This document shows, piece after piece, positions 29,152 through 38,748 of a DNA stretch of 64,000 bases. Location of the stretch: IMG/VR virus record IMGVR_UViG_3300028840_004242, positions 1 through 64,000 of that record. One strand, written 5' to 3'. The stretch's first letter is position 1. Every line of letters begins with the position of its first letter. The translations under genes and the position numbers were made by a program. This DNA comes from an uncultured virus (IMG/VR IMGVR_UViG_3300028840_004242) (Duplodnaviria; Heunggongvirae; Uroviricota; Caudoviricetes). Below the pieces are notes generated by a model, which saw nothing but the letters and a program-made list of their open reading frames with translations, ran no database searches and had not been told where the DNA came from.

Positions 29152-32100
29152 ATGAGACTTGTAAAATCAGAAGAACAAAACCCTCAGGATTATTTTCTGC
29201 AAAGTGGAGTCGATGAACAGGGTGATCCGATTTACAAAGATGTAAATCAAGAAGTCACAGACTATGCACCCGCCAAGGCTTTCCGCAAAAAGGTGTTCGA
29301 TGGGACTGCCGACATCGTGGTCCTGTCGAACACGATTCAGATTTATTGGAAAGGTAACCTTGTAGCTGAAGCCCAGCTTGAAGGGCAGGTAGAAATATCA
29401 CCCAACAACTGGCAAGGGCAGTTGTTTTCTTTTGCTGATTCCAACGTGCAGAAGATAACTGAGATTGAAACAGACGAAGGTACGGTTCCAGTGACTCCAT
29501 TTTTCAGGTGTTATGTAGTCAAAGACATTCCGGCACTTGGTATAACTGATGCGGTTTTCGGCATGGATGTTCACTGGGCTTTTAAAAACACCAAGCTATC
29601 GTTTTATCTGGACACGCCAGGTTTCAATGCCCGAATCCGTTGGCAATGTAGGGTTAAGGATTCAGCTTTGCGATGGGTTGATGAATCTGATCCATTGTTT
29701 CCTGTTGTTCATAAAGGCTTGTGGTTTTCTGTTTCAGACTATGAGGGCAATGTCAATCATGGATCACAGGGAGACCCAGAACCAGGATGGACTCAGCATT
29801 GGTGGACATTTGAGCCGGATGGAAAACAAATAGACGTTGCAGACGCAAGGACTCCACTTGAACGCTATGAGCAAGGCGTGGGGCTTGTGGTTGATCCGTA
29901 TTTGTCAATCGAAGAATCCGGCAGCACAGTAACAGTTTATTGTGATGGATTTAGTATATTATTTGATCCGACAGAAACTGGTGGTTTAAATTGTGACAAC
30001 AATAGTGCGACTACATGGAATTATTATTATCCCGCTCAAGTCGTTGTTTCTTCAGGTGTCTACAATTTAGGATACGACCCAAATTCAATTATAGAAATAA
30101 TTGAATCAAATGCAAACAGGGTAGTTTTGAGATTTAGAGGAAACTTTTATAATTCAACTCCTACTGTATTGACCAATTCAGATTCCATTGAAATTTATCT
30201 TTATATTTATTCAGACCGTATTGTGCAGCACAGTAAATGGATAACTTCTGGTGGAAATATTAGTATTGATAGCAATGGTCAAAATGGCTTCCCTATGAAT
30301 TATATAGGAAGTGGAGTTTTAACGAACGATACAGCAATTTATGAAAATGGTGGCTCTGAATCAACAGGTACAGGAGAGCATGGGAGTGCTGACTATGTTG
30401 GAATTGATGCTGATGAGCTGGATCATATTTTAATTAACTTATCGGAATCATCAACAGGAGGCAGTTTAAGCCAATATCATAGTAGTACAAGGCAATATCG
30501 AATAGGGTGGGATAACTGCACTATTGAGCCAGGTACACATGAGATTGTAAATGTTTGGATATTTGATACAGAAGACCGCGAAGGCTCCACAAAAATCTAT
30601 GACTCCACTGACCGCCTTGCAATGGGTGATCAATATAAAGACGCCATCTTGGATCAAAGCCCAAGCAAAGGTGATGATGTCACCGACATGATTTTACCGG
30701 CAAGGATTTCAAGCGGCACCCTGCATTCAGATGGAGCACACCATTATGAGGTGGATACAAACGATGCAGTTAAATTGACTTTAGATACAACCCGCATACG
30801 CCCTGCATTTGCAATTCATGATTGGCCTTTTCAGTATGGAACCGTGGCAAGCCCGACAGATATTTTGCTGTGCCATTTAAAATGTGATGAGAACGCCGCA
30901 AGCCCCACTCTTACAGATCAAACTGCAAACAATGCAGATGGCACTTGGAGCAACATTTCAGATGGAAGTGACAGGAATACCAACACAAGTGGAGATTCTG
31001 TTCAGGTGTTTGGCAGGGGTAGGAATTTGGATACTCAGGACGGTGCTGGACATATTGAAATGACATTTGGAAGCGGGACTGTACATGATAATGCGTTTTT
31101 TTGTCGTGGGTCACTTATGATAAAACTTTTACCCCAATTTGATTATGATACAGTTGATGGACAAGGTCTTTTTGAACTCTACATAAGTAGTGATGATTAT
31201 TTTACATGCATTTATAATCCAACGCCTGATAATTGGAATACAGGTGGTTCCGTTGGAGGATCAGCTATTTGGCAAGGTTCAGCACCACAAACTTATGATA
31301 ATTATAGTCTTAAAAGATGTCATGTGATTTTATTTTCATGGGATCTTTTAAGGCATGAGTGGTTTATTTTTTATGATGGGGTATGTGCAGCAAGTAAAAT
31401 TAATACTGGAACAGCTGGATCAGGCGATCCTGTAAATTTCGAGATTGGTTCAAGAATAAATCGTACTTATCCTGCTGATATAATCATTGACGATGTCAAA
31501 ACCTTTAGTGAGTGTCTGCTGCCCTTCGGTGCCTACTTCATCGGCAACGGCGAAGGGCTGTTGGCAGACATTAACAACCCACATGCTGATTTGACTTTTT
31601 TCTGGGATTGTCAGGCATCAGGGGCGGGGGCAGCCAAGGGTGGTGCAAACCTCGGCACGAATTATACAGTCACCCTGAATGGGTCAGGTGTGCTGACAAC
31701 CGCCGATAAGATTATTGGAACAAAAAGTTTTGACACTACGGCAGAGGGGAGCCACTCAGCTTCATTTTCAATAGATGCAAATAATTTTGATGGCAGCTAT
31801 GGGCGAATAGGTATGTGGGTTAATTTTCAGACTGTCACAGCATCCAAGTACTTTTTAGGGTTTGGAGATGCAACAGATTATATAGATTTGTATATAAGTG
31901 CGAGCAGTTATTTCTATGCTATCTGGCAATCTGATGGAGTAACAAGATATTTGGCAAGCACATTAACGCCAACAGCAGGAGTATGGTACTGGGTTGAACT
32001 TGCTTGGGATGATTCAGATTATATAGATTTCTATGTAAATGGAATCTTATTAGATCATGAAGATTCAGGTGGAAGTTGGTCAAAGACGACAGGAACAATG

Positions 32101-32241
32101 TATCTGGGTGCAGATGAAAGTGGAGCAAATTCTGCTGACTGTCTGATCGGGGCTTTTTATATAACCAAGGACAGATTTACACCACAAATCTGGACGGCAT
32201 TTGGCAAGCCGCTGCATGTGCCGCTGGTGGACTTACAATGA
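29152..32241 (+). CDS. Large virion-associated protein with LamG/ConA-like domains
   Basis: Two LamG-like C-terminal domains (GRIGMWVNF...WYWVELAWD...FYVNG; IIIDDVKTF). Confidence 0.65.
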   Translation: MRLVKSEEQNPQDYFLQSGVDEQGDPIYKDVNQEVTDYAPAKAFRKKVFDGTADIVVLSNTIQIYWKGNLVAEAQLEGQVEISPNNWQGQLFSFADSNVQKITEIETDEGTVPVTPFFRCYVVKDIPALGITDAVFGMDVHWAFKNTKLSFYLDTPGFNARIRWQCRVKDSALRWVDESDPLFPVVHKGLWFSVSDYEGNVNHGSQGDPEPGWTQHWWTFEPDGKQIDVADARTPLERYEQGVGLVVDPYLSIEESGSTVTVYCDGFSILFDPTETGGLNCDNNSATTWNYYYPAQVVVSSGVYNLGYDPNSIIEIIESNANRVVLRFRGNFYNSTPTVLTNSDSIEIYLYIYSDRIVQHSKWITSGGNISIDSNGQNGFPMNYIGSGVLTNDTAIYENGGSESTGTGEHGSADYVGIDADELDHILINLSESSTGGSLSQYHSSTRQYRIGWDNCTIEPGTHEIVNVWIFDTEDREGSTKIYDSTDRLAMGDQYKDAILDQSPSKGDDVTDMILPARISSGTLHSDGAHHYEVDTNDAVKLTLDTTRIRPAFAIHDWPFQYGTVASPTDILLCHLKCDENAASPTLTDQTANNADGTWSNISDGSDRNTNTSGDSVQVFGRGRNLDTQDGAGHIEMTFGSGTVHDNAFFCRGSLMIKLLPQFDYDTVDGQGLFELYISSDDYFTCIYNPTPDNWNTGGSVGGSAIWQGSAPQTYDNYSLKRCHVILFSWDLLRHEWFIFYDGVCAASKINTGTAGSGDPVNFEIGSRINRTYPADIIIDDVKTFSECLLPFGAYFIGNGEGLLADINNPHADLTFFWDCQASGAGAAKGGANLGTNYTVTLNGSGVLTTADKIIGTKSFDTTAEGSHSASFSIDANNFDGSYGRIGMWVNFQTVTASKYFLGFGDATDYIDLYISASSYFYAIWQSDGVTRYLASTLTPTAGVWYWVELAWDDSDYIDFYVNGILLDHEDSGGSWSKTTGTMYLGADESGANSADCLIGAFYITKDRFTPQIWTAFGKPLHVPLVDLQ

Positions 32242-32555
32242 GCAAAGGAAAATGGAAAATATATTACACCGACAGTAGCTTTAACGACGAACAGGGCTCC
32301 CCTAGGGAGGCACCGTTCTGGGACGTGCAAGACATTATTCAGTATGATTTGCACACCGAGAGAAAATATCACCAGAACGGTAGCGACTGGTATATTTTCC
32401 AAGACGGCTTCTGGGTGGGTGTGGACATGATAGGTTTAATTGACTACATGGCACATTATAAGGGAGAAATAATCGTGAAGGCGGGGCGCACCATACCCTC
32501 TAAACAATGGCAAAAAATATTCGATACGGCAAGGAAAGACCCGTACATTAAATGA
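32238..32555 (+). CDS. Hypothetical protein
   Basis: ATGA-coupled to the upstream gene; its stop overlaps the start of the next gene. Confidence 0.55.
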   Translation: MSKGKWKIYYTDSSFNDEQGSPREAPFWDVQDIIQYDLHTERKYHQNGSDWYIFQDGFWVGVDMIGLIDYMAHYKGEIIVKAGRTIPSKQWQKIFDTARKDPYIK

Positions 32556-35500
32556 CAAATCCAATTTATACACAGGAGGACTTTCAGGGCTACAAAGACG
32601 ATGCCGTTCCTGGTAGCGCAACCACGAAAGCCTCGCTTAATAATGATTGGACGCAGAATACTGATGAGAACTTCCGCATCCGTTTTGCCGTTGTGGAGTC
32701 GAACAACAAGGCGGAAGCTAACCCGATGTTCGAACTGGAATACCGCTACGATTCCACCGGCACGGGGTCAAGCTATGGCTCTTGGACTCAAGTAACAACC
32801 ACATCAGTCGAAATAGCCTTCTCGACTACCACCTACTATACTGACGGCGACCTTGACAATAACAAGCGGGTTTATGACGGAGGTGCATCGTCCAGCGGAG
32901 ATTTCGGTGAGCTGAGTGACGGCGCAACCAACGACACGATTGCTGACACCATCGACTTCGGGGGAAATGAGTTCTGTGAGATGGAGGTCTGCCTCCAGAT
33001 TAATTCTGTGAACGTTGTCAATGGTGGTTTGATACAGGTTAGGGTTAAAGACCCGAATTTATCGACATTTGACGAGACGCCCACGATCACGATTTCCTCG
33101 CCTACCACTACCACGAGTACTACCACTACCACCTTTAGTACTACAAGTACCAGCACCTATTCAACCACAAGTACCAGTACAAGCACTCAAACAAGTACAA
33201 GTACCAGCACTCAAACAAGTACAAGTACCAGCACCTATTCTACCACAAGCACCAGTACAAGCACCTACTCAACTACCAGCACAAGCACCAGCACTTTCAG
33301 TACAACCACTACCTTTAGTACAACTAGTACTACAACTACCGAACCTCCTTCTACTTGTAATATACAACAGTATGGAGGTACTAATAATTATCAACTAGTA
33401 TGGTTGCCTGGTGGTGAAATATTAATAACCACTGATGATGAACTTACAGCCTCAGAAACTTTGGAGTTCCTATTAGAGTGTGAAGGGGAGGCTGCTACTA
33501 CCACTACCACTACCACTACTTTTACTACGACCAGTACAAGTACCAGCACCTACTCAACAACCAGCACCTATTCTACCACCAGTACAAGTACCAGCACCTA
33601 TTCAACTACCAGCACCTATTCTACCACCAGTACTTCTACTAGTACCTATTCTACCACCAGTACTAGCACTCAAACAAGTACCAGCACTAGCACCTTAAGT
33701 ACAACCAGCACCAGTACCAGTACAAGCACTTCAACCTATTCAACCACCAGTACAAGCACCAGCACTTCTACCAGTACCTATTCAACTACCAGTACAAGTA
33801 CCAGTACAAGCACCAGTACCAGCACATACTCAACCACAAGTACCAGTACCAGTACAAGTACCAGTTCCTATTCAACTACCAGTACAAGTACCAGAACAAG
33901 CACAAGTACTTCAACCTATTCAACCACTAGCACATCTACTAGCACAAGTACTTCAACCTATTCAACCACAAGTACCAGTACCAGCACTAGTACATATTCA
34001 ACCACAAGTACCAGTACCAGCACAAGTACCAGCACATACTCAACAACCAGCACAAGCACCAGCACATACTCAACCACCAGCACCAGCACTAGTACATATT
34101 CAACCACAAGTACCAGCACTAGCACAAGCACCAGCACATACTCAACCACAAGTACAAGTACCAGCACAAGCACCAGCACATACTCAACAACCAGTACCAG
34201 CACAAGCACCAGTACCAGCACATACTCTACTACAAGTACCAGTACCAGCACAAGCACCAGTACCTATTCAACCACAAGCACCAGTACCAGTACTTCTACC
34301 AGCACATACTCAACTACAAGTACCAGTACCAGCACAAGCACCAGTACCTATTCAACCACAAGCACCAGCACATACTCTACCACAAGCACTAGTACCAGCA
34401 CATACTCTACCACAAGTAGCAGTACCAGCACATACTCAACTACAAGTACCAGTACCAGTACCAGCACCAGTACATACTCAACAACCAGCACTTCTACCAG
34501 CACATACTCAACAACCAGTACCAGTACAAGCACCAGCACCAGTACATACTCAACAACCAGCACCAGCACCAGCACCTATTCAACCACAAGTACCAGTACA
34601 AGCACCAGCACCAGTACATACTCAACAACCAGCACCAGCACCAGCACATACTCAACCACAAGTACCAGTACCAGTACAAGCACCAGCACATACTCTACCA
34701 CAAGTACAAGTACTAGTACATATTCAACCACAAGTAGCAGTACCAGCACTTCTACCAGCACATACTCAACAACCAGCACTTCTACCAGCACATACTCAAC
34801 AACCAGCACAAGCACCAGCACATACTCAACCACAAGTACCAGTACCAGCACAAGTACCAGCACATACTCTACTACAAGTACCAGCACCAGCACATACTCT
34901 ACTACAAGTACCAGTACCAGCACAAGCACAAGCACCAGCACTTTCAGTACAACTAGTACCTTCAGTACCACTACAACTACAGAACCAGGAGAAACTACCA
35001 CCAGTTCCACAACTACTACTTCCTTTACAAGCACCAGCACCAGCACATACTCAACTACCAGCACAAGCACCAGCACATACTCAACCACAAGTACCAGTAC
35101 CAGTACCTACTCTACCACAAGTACCAGTACCAGCACAAGCACCAGCACATACTCAACCACAAGTACAAGCACTAGTACATATTCAACCACCAGCACATCT
35201 ACTAGTACAAGCACTTCAACCTATTCAACCACAAGTACCAGTACCAGTACAAGTACCAGTACCTATTCAACCACAAGCACCAGTACCAGTACTTCTACCA
35301 GCACCTACTCAACAACCAGCACATCTACTAGTACAAGCACCAGCACATACTCTACTACAAGTACCAGCACCAGTACTTCTACCAGCACCTACTCAACAAC
35401 CAGCACCTACTCTACTACAAGCACCAGCACCTACTCAACAACCAGCACATCTACTAGTACAAGCACCAGCACATACTCTACTACAAGTACCAGCACCAGT

Positions 35501-37507
35501 ACTTCTACCAGCACATACTCAACCACAAGTACAAGCACCAGCACATACTCAACCACAAGTACAAGTACCAGCACAAGCACCAGCACATACTCAACTACCA
35601 GTACTTCTACCAGTACATACTCGACAACCAGCACCAGCACCAGCACCAGCACCAGCACATACTCAACCACAAGTACCAGTACCAGTACAAGTACCAGCAC
35701 ATACTCAACCACAAGTACAAGTACCAGCACCTACTCTACAACCAGTACATCTACTAGCACAAGTACCAGCACATACTCAACCACCAGTACCAGCACTAGT
35801 ACATATTCAACAACCAGCACAAGCACCAGTACTTCTACCAGCACCTCAACTTATAGCACTACCAGTACCTTCAGTACCACTACGACTACAGAACCAGGAG
35901 AAACTACCACTAGTTCTACAACCACTACTTCCTTTACAAGCACCAGCACATCTACCTTCAGCACAACTAGCACCAGTTCTAGTACTTCTACCAGTACCTA
36001 CTCAACCACCAGTACCAGTACCAGTACCAGTACAAGCACTTACTCTACAACCAGTACAAGTACCAGCACATACTCAACCACAAGTACCAGTACCAGTACA
36101 AGTACCAGCACATACTCAACCACCAGCACTAGTACTTCAACCTATTCAACCACCAGTACAAGCACCAGTACTTCTACCAGTACATATTCAACCACAAGTA
36201 CAAGCACCAGTACAAGCACCAGTACATACTCAACTACCAGCACTAGTACTTCAACCTATTCAACCACCAGTACAAGTACCAGCACCAGCACATCTACCTT
36301 CAGCACAACTAGCACCAGCACATCCACCTTCAGCACAACTAGCACCAGCACATCTACCTTCAGCACAACCAGCACCAGCACATACTCTACCACAAGTACC
36401 AGCACATCCACCTTTAGTACCACCAGTACAAGCACCAGCACATACTCTACCACAAGTACCAGCACATACTCAACCACAAGTACCAGCACATACTCAACCA
36501 CAAGTACCAGCACATACTCTACTACAAGCACTAGCACATACTCAACCACAAGTACCAGTACCAGCACCTACTCAACCACAAGTACCAGTACCAGCACTAG
36601 TACATATTCAACCACAAGTACCAGTACCAGCACAAGTACCAGCACATACTCAACAACCAGCACAAGCACAAGCACCTATTCGACCACCAGTACAAGCACA
36701 AGCACCAGTACCAGTACCAGTACCAGTACCTACTCTACTACTAGTACAAGCACCAGTACAAGCACCAGCACATACTCTACCACAAGTACCAGCACATCCA
36801 CCTTTAGTACCACCAGTACAAGCACAAGCACCAGCACCAGTACCAGCACAAGTACCTACTCGACAACCAGCACAAGTACCTACTCGACAACCAGTACCAG
36901 TACCAGCACAAGCACAAGCACAAGCACCTTCAGTACCACTAGTACTCTCAGCACAACGAGCACTACTGGAACAGGAACAACTTCTAGTACTTCTACCAGC
37001 ACCTTCAGTACAACCAGCACCTATTCAACCACAAGTACCAGCACATCTACTTCTAGTACTTACAGTACCACTACGACTACATACCCTCCCTCTGAGGAGC
37101 CCCACATTGGATTTACCCGTGACGAGGTCACGTTAGGATATAAAAGAGATGTTGTAACATTAGGATTTAAGGAGGTGATTGAGGTGGGCAGCACACCAAA
37201 AGTAAAGAACTTTTTCAAGCAACCTTGGGAGTCCTTCGTGCCATATGGTGACTTTGAGGATGTACTCGAGAGTGGAGAAACTATAGACACCAATAACTCT
37301 ACCGTAACTGCTAAGGATAAGGACGGCAATGCTGTTACTGATATATTGTCAGGCAGTCCCTATGTGGTAGATGTTTACAAATACTGTCAAAGAGTGGTTA
37401 GCGGGGATCCAGACTTAGATCCTTATCTAATCACTTTTCGCATACAGACTAATCTTAACAATAAATGGGAAGTTGATGTTAAGATGAAAGTAGGTGAGTT
37501 AGTATGA
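32552..37507 (+). CDS. Giant mucin-like Thr/Ser-repeat protein with globular N- and C-terminal domains
   Basis: 1651-aa uninterrupted ORF; about 1200 aa of (Y/F)STT(ST)n repeats. The C-terminal KQPWES...LESGETI...YLITFRIQT domain resembles phage fibre-attachment adaptors. Confidence 0.75.
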   Translation: MTNPIYTQEDFQGYKDDAVPGSATTKASLNNDWTQNTDENFRIRFAVVESNNKAEANPMFELEYRYDSTGTGSSYGSWTQVTTTSVEIAFSTTTYYTDGDLDNNKRVYDGGASSSGDFGELSDGATNDTIADTIDFGGNEFCEMEVCLQINSVNVVNGGLIQVRVKDPNLSTFDETPTITISSPTTTTSTTTTTFSTTSTSTYSTTSTSTSTQTSTSTSTQTSTSTSTYSTTSTSTSTYSTTSTSTSTFSTTTTFSTTSTTTTEPPSTCNIQQYGGTNNYQLVWLPGGEILITTDDELTASETLEFLLECEGEAATTTTTTTTFTTTSTSTSTYSTTSTYSTTSTSTSTYSTTSTYSTTSTSTSTYSTTSTSTQTSTSTSTLSTTSTSTSTSTSTYSTTSTSTSTSTSTYSTTSTSTSTSTSTSTYSTTSTSTSTSTSSYSTTSTSTRTSTSTSTYSTTSTSTSTSTSTYSTTSTSTSTSTYSTTSTSTSTSTSTYSTTSTSTSTYSTTSTSTSTYSTTSTSTSTSTSTYSTTSTSTSTSTSTYSTTSTSTSTSTSTYSTTSTSTSTSTSTYSTTSTSTSTSTSTYSTTSTSTSTSTSTYSTTSTSTYSTTSTSTSTYSTTSSSTSTYSTTSTSTSTSTSTYSTTSTSTSTYSTTSTSTSTSTSTYSTTSTSTSTYSTTSTSTSTSTSTYSTTSTSTSTYSTTSTSTSTSTSTYSTTSTSTSTYSTTSSSTSTSTSTYSTTSTSTSTYSTTSTSTSTYSTTSTSTSTSTSTYSTTSTSTSTYSTTSTSTSTSTSTSTFSTTSTFSTTTTTEPGETTTSSTTTTSFTSTSTSTYSTTSTSTSTYSTTSTSTSTYSTTSTSTSTSTSTYSTTSTSTSTYSTTSTSTSTSTSTYSTTSTSTSTSTSTYSTTSTSTSTSTSTYSTTSTSTSTSTSTYSTTSTSTSTSTSTYSTTSTYSTTSTSTYSTTSTSTSTSTSTYSTTSTSTSTSTSTYSTTSTSTSTYSTTSTSTSTSTSTYSTTSTSTSTYSTTSTSTSTSTSTYSTTSTSTSTSTSTYSTTSTSTSTYSTTSTSTSTSTSTYSTTSTSTSTYSTTSTSTSTSTSTSTYSTTSTFSTTTTTEPGETTTSSTTTTSFTSTSTSTFSTTSTSSSTSTSTYSTTSTSTSTSTSTYSTTSTSTSTYSTTSTSTSTSTSTYSTTSTSTSTYSTTSTSTSTSTSTYSTTSTSTSTSTSTYSTTSTSTSTYSTTSTSTSTSTSTFSTTSTSTSTFSTTSTSTSTFSTTSTSTYSTTSTSTSTFSTTSTSTSTYSTTSTSTYSTTSTSTYSTTSTSTYSTTSTSTYSTTSTSTSTYSTTSTSTSTSTYSTTSTSTSTSTSTYSTTSTSTSTYSTTSTSTSTSTSTSTSTYSTTSTSTSTSTSTYSTTSTSTSTFSTTSTSTSTSTSTSTSTYSTTSTSTYSTTSTSTSTSTSTSTFSTTSTLSTTSTTGTGTTSSTSTSTFSTTSTYSTTSTSTSTSSTYSTTTTTYPPSEEPHIGFTRDEVTLGYKRDVVTLGFKEVIEVGSTPKVKNFFKQPWESFVPYGDFEDVLESGETIDTNNSTVTAKDKDGNAVTDILSGSPYVVDVYKYCQRVVSGDPDLDPYLITFRIQTNLNNKWEVDVKMKVGELV
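33494..37085 (+). repeat. Degenerate coding tandem repeat (ACCAGC/ACAAGT/ACCAGT hexamers punctuated by TAY-TCN-ACN-ACN)
   Basis: Directly visible A/C-rich low-complexity tract with varied synonymous codons. Confidence 0.95.
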
Positions 37508-37860
37508 GTGATTGGAATGGAATAGAAGATAGAAGGAAACACATAAGGAGGGAATCAGATAGATCCGTCTGTGCATTTCATGATATCAAATGTTCTGCTA
37601 TTCATAAAAATGAAGCACATATAGAACAATTATTCGAGAGAACGGCAACTAAGGAGGATTTGAAGGAAATGAGAGAAGATATTAAATCTAGGGCACCACG
37701 ATGGGTCTTGATAATATTAGTAGGTATAACGATTACGATGTTTGGATGGATAGCTACGAGAATGGAGGAGAAATTTGATACCATACACACTATCAAGGCT
37801 AATCAAGAAGTACTACTCAAGGCGTTTCATATCCAACCTAAACAGAAAGGAGGTGAATGA
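37504..37860 (+). CDS. Membrane protein, possible holin
   Basis: Single TM (WVLIILVGITITMFGWI) after a coiled coil; located at the end of the late operon. Confidence 0.45.
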   Translation: MSDWNGIEDRRKHIRRESDRSVCAFHDIKCSAIHKNEAHIEQLFERTATKEDLKEMREDIKSRAPRWVLIILVGITITMFGWIATRMEEKFDTIHTIKANQEVLLKAFHIQPKQKGGE

Positions 37861-38060
37861 GTATGAAGGATATCCTTTTAAAGCTGTTCAGTATTTTGTT
37901 TGGTCTCTTGACGCCAGAAATGTTGAAGGATTTAATGGACCATGTGCTGGATTTTATCGAGGATAAAGTTGCCAGCACTGATGCAGATTGGGACGATAAA
38001 ATATTTCTACCCATTTGCAATTTAATTAGAGTGTCATTCAACATTCCGGACAATGATTAA
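37857..38060 (+). CDS. Small hypothetical protein
   Basis: AAGGAGGTG RBS. Confidence 0.55.
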   Translation: MSMKDILLKLFSILFGLLTPEMLKDLMDHVLDFIEDKVASTDADWDDKIFLPICNLIRVSFNIPDND

Positions 38061-38081
38061 TCTTCAACAGCCTTGCAGCCG

Positions 38082-38112
38082 AAAGTGGCTGTCTGATAGA
38101 GACAGCCACTTT
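38082..38112 (+). terminator. Stem-loop, probable intrinsic terminator
   Basis: Perfect 13-bp inverted repeat AAAGTGGCTGTCT-gatag-AGACAGCCACTTT followed by AATTT. Confidence 0.65.
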
Positions 38113-38128
38113 AATTTAGGAGAATAAA

Positions 38129-38293
38129 ATGAAGTGGTTAGGTATAATCTTGAAGGCCTTTTTTGAATCACTTTTAGGTCTTTTAAAGAAAGAAACTCAA
38201 ACCATGGAGGTAGGTCATAGTAATGGAGACACCGAAAAAAGACTACATGACAAAATTAATGATACTTGGAGTAAGCCTTCTGATCCTAAGTAG
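38129..38293 (+). CDS. Small N-terminally hydrophobic protein, possible i-spanin (absent from ORF track)
   Basis: AGGAG RBS; MKWLGIILKAFFESLLGLLKK... (54 aa); overlaps the lipoprotein ORF. Confidence 0.45.
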   Translation: MKWLGIILKAFFESLLGLLKKETQTMEVGHSNGDTEKRLHDKINDTWSKPSDPK

Positions 38294-38450
38294 CTGTACT
38301 TGGATGGCACCTAAAATTAAGACCATTTATGTGCCTGAAGGTGATGCGGTGATGCTCAGGCAGGATGTAAAGAATGTAGATATATGGGCTAAGGCTAAAG
38401 ATCAGGCTCCTGTTCCAGGAAAGATGACTTTAGAAGAAGGTTGGATGTGA
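38247..38450 (+). CDS. Lipoprotein, possible o-spanin
   Basis: MTKLMILGVSLLILSS-C lipobox; overlaps the upstream ORF in another frame. Confidence 0.55.
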   Translation: MTKLMILGVSLLILSSCTWMAPKIKTIYVPEGDAVMLRQDVKNVDIWAKAKDQAPVPGKMTLEEGWM

Positions 38451-38490
38451 CTGTCTGACCCTAGGTACCACCGTGAGTGGAAATCAGAAC

Positions 38491-38748
38491 TTAACGCTTT
38501 GGAACAGTAGGTTTCTTTTCAGGTCGATACACTACACTGTCTCTCCAGTATTCTAAGTAATCTATTCTAATTAGGTTTTCTGCTATACTCGCTTCTAGTC
38601 TCATCACATCCTTTTGTAGCATAGCAATCTCTTGAGCTAACTGTTTATTTCCTTCTAGGGGTTCTCTAAGCATCTGATTATTAGATACCAGGTAACCTAG
38701 AATAAATCCACTAATAATAAGAGCCACACCAAATATCAATTCTTTCAT
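38491..38748 (-). CDS. Membrane-anchored coiled-coil protein
   Basis: N-terminal TM followed by heptads. Confidence 0.55.
   Translation of the reverse strand: MKELIFGVALIISGFILGYLVSNNQMLREPLEGNKQLAQEIAMLQKDVMRLEASIAENLIRIDYLEYWRDSVVYRPEKKPTVPKR

Noticed and set aside
33958..36567. Minus-strand ORFs of poly(VL)/VVEY and poly(WC) composition
   Set aside because: Antisense shadows of the Thr/Ser repeat; no RBS, and opposite to operon direction.
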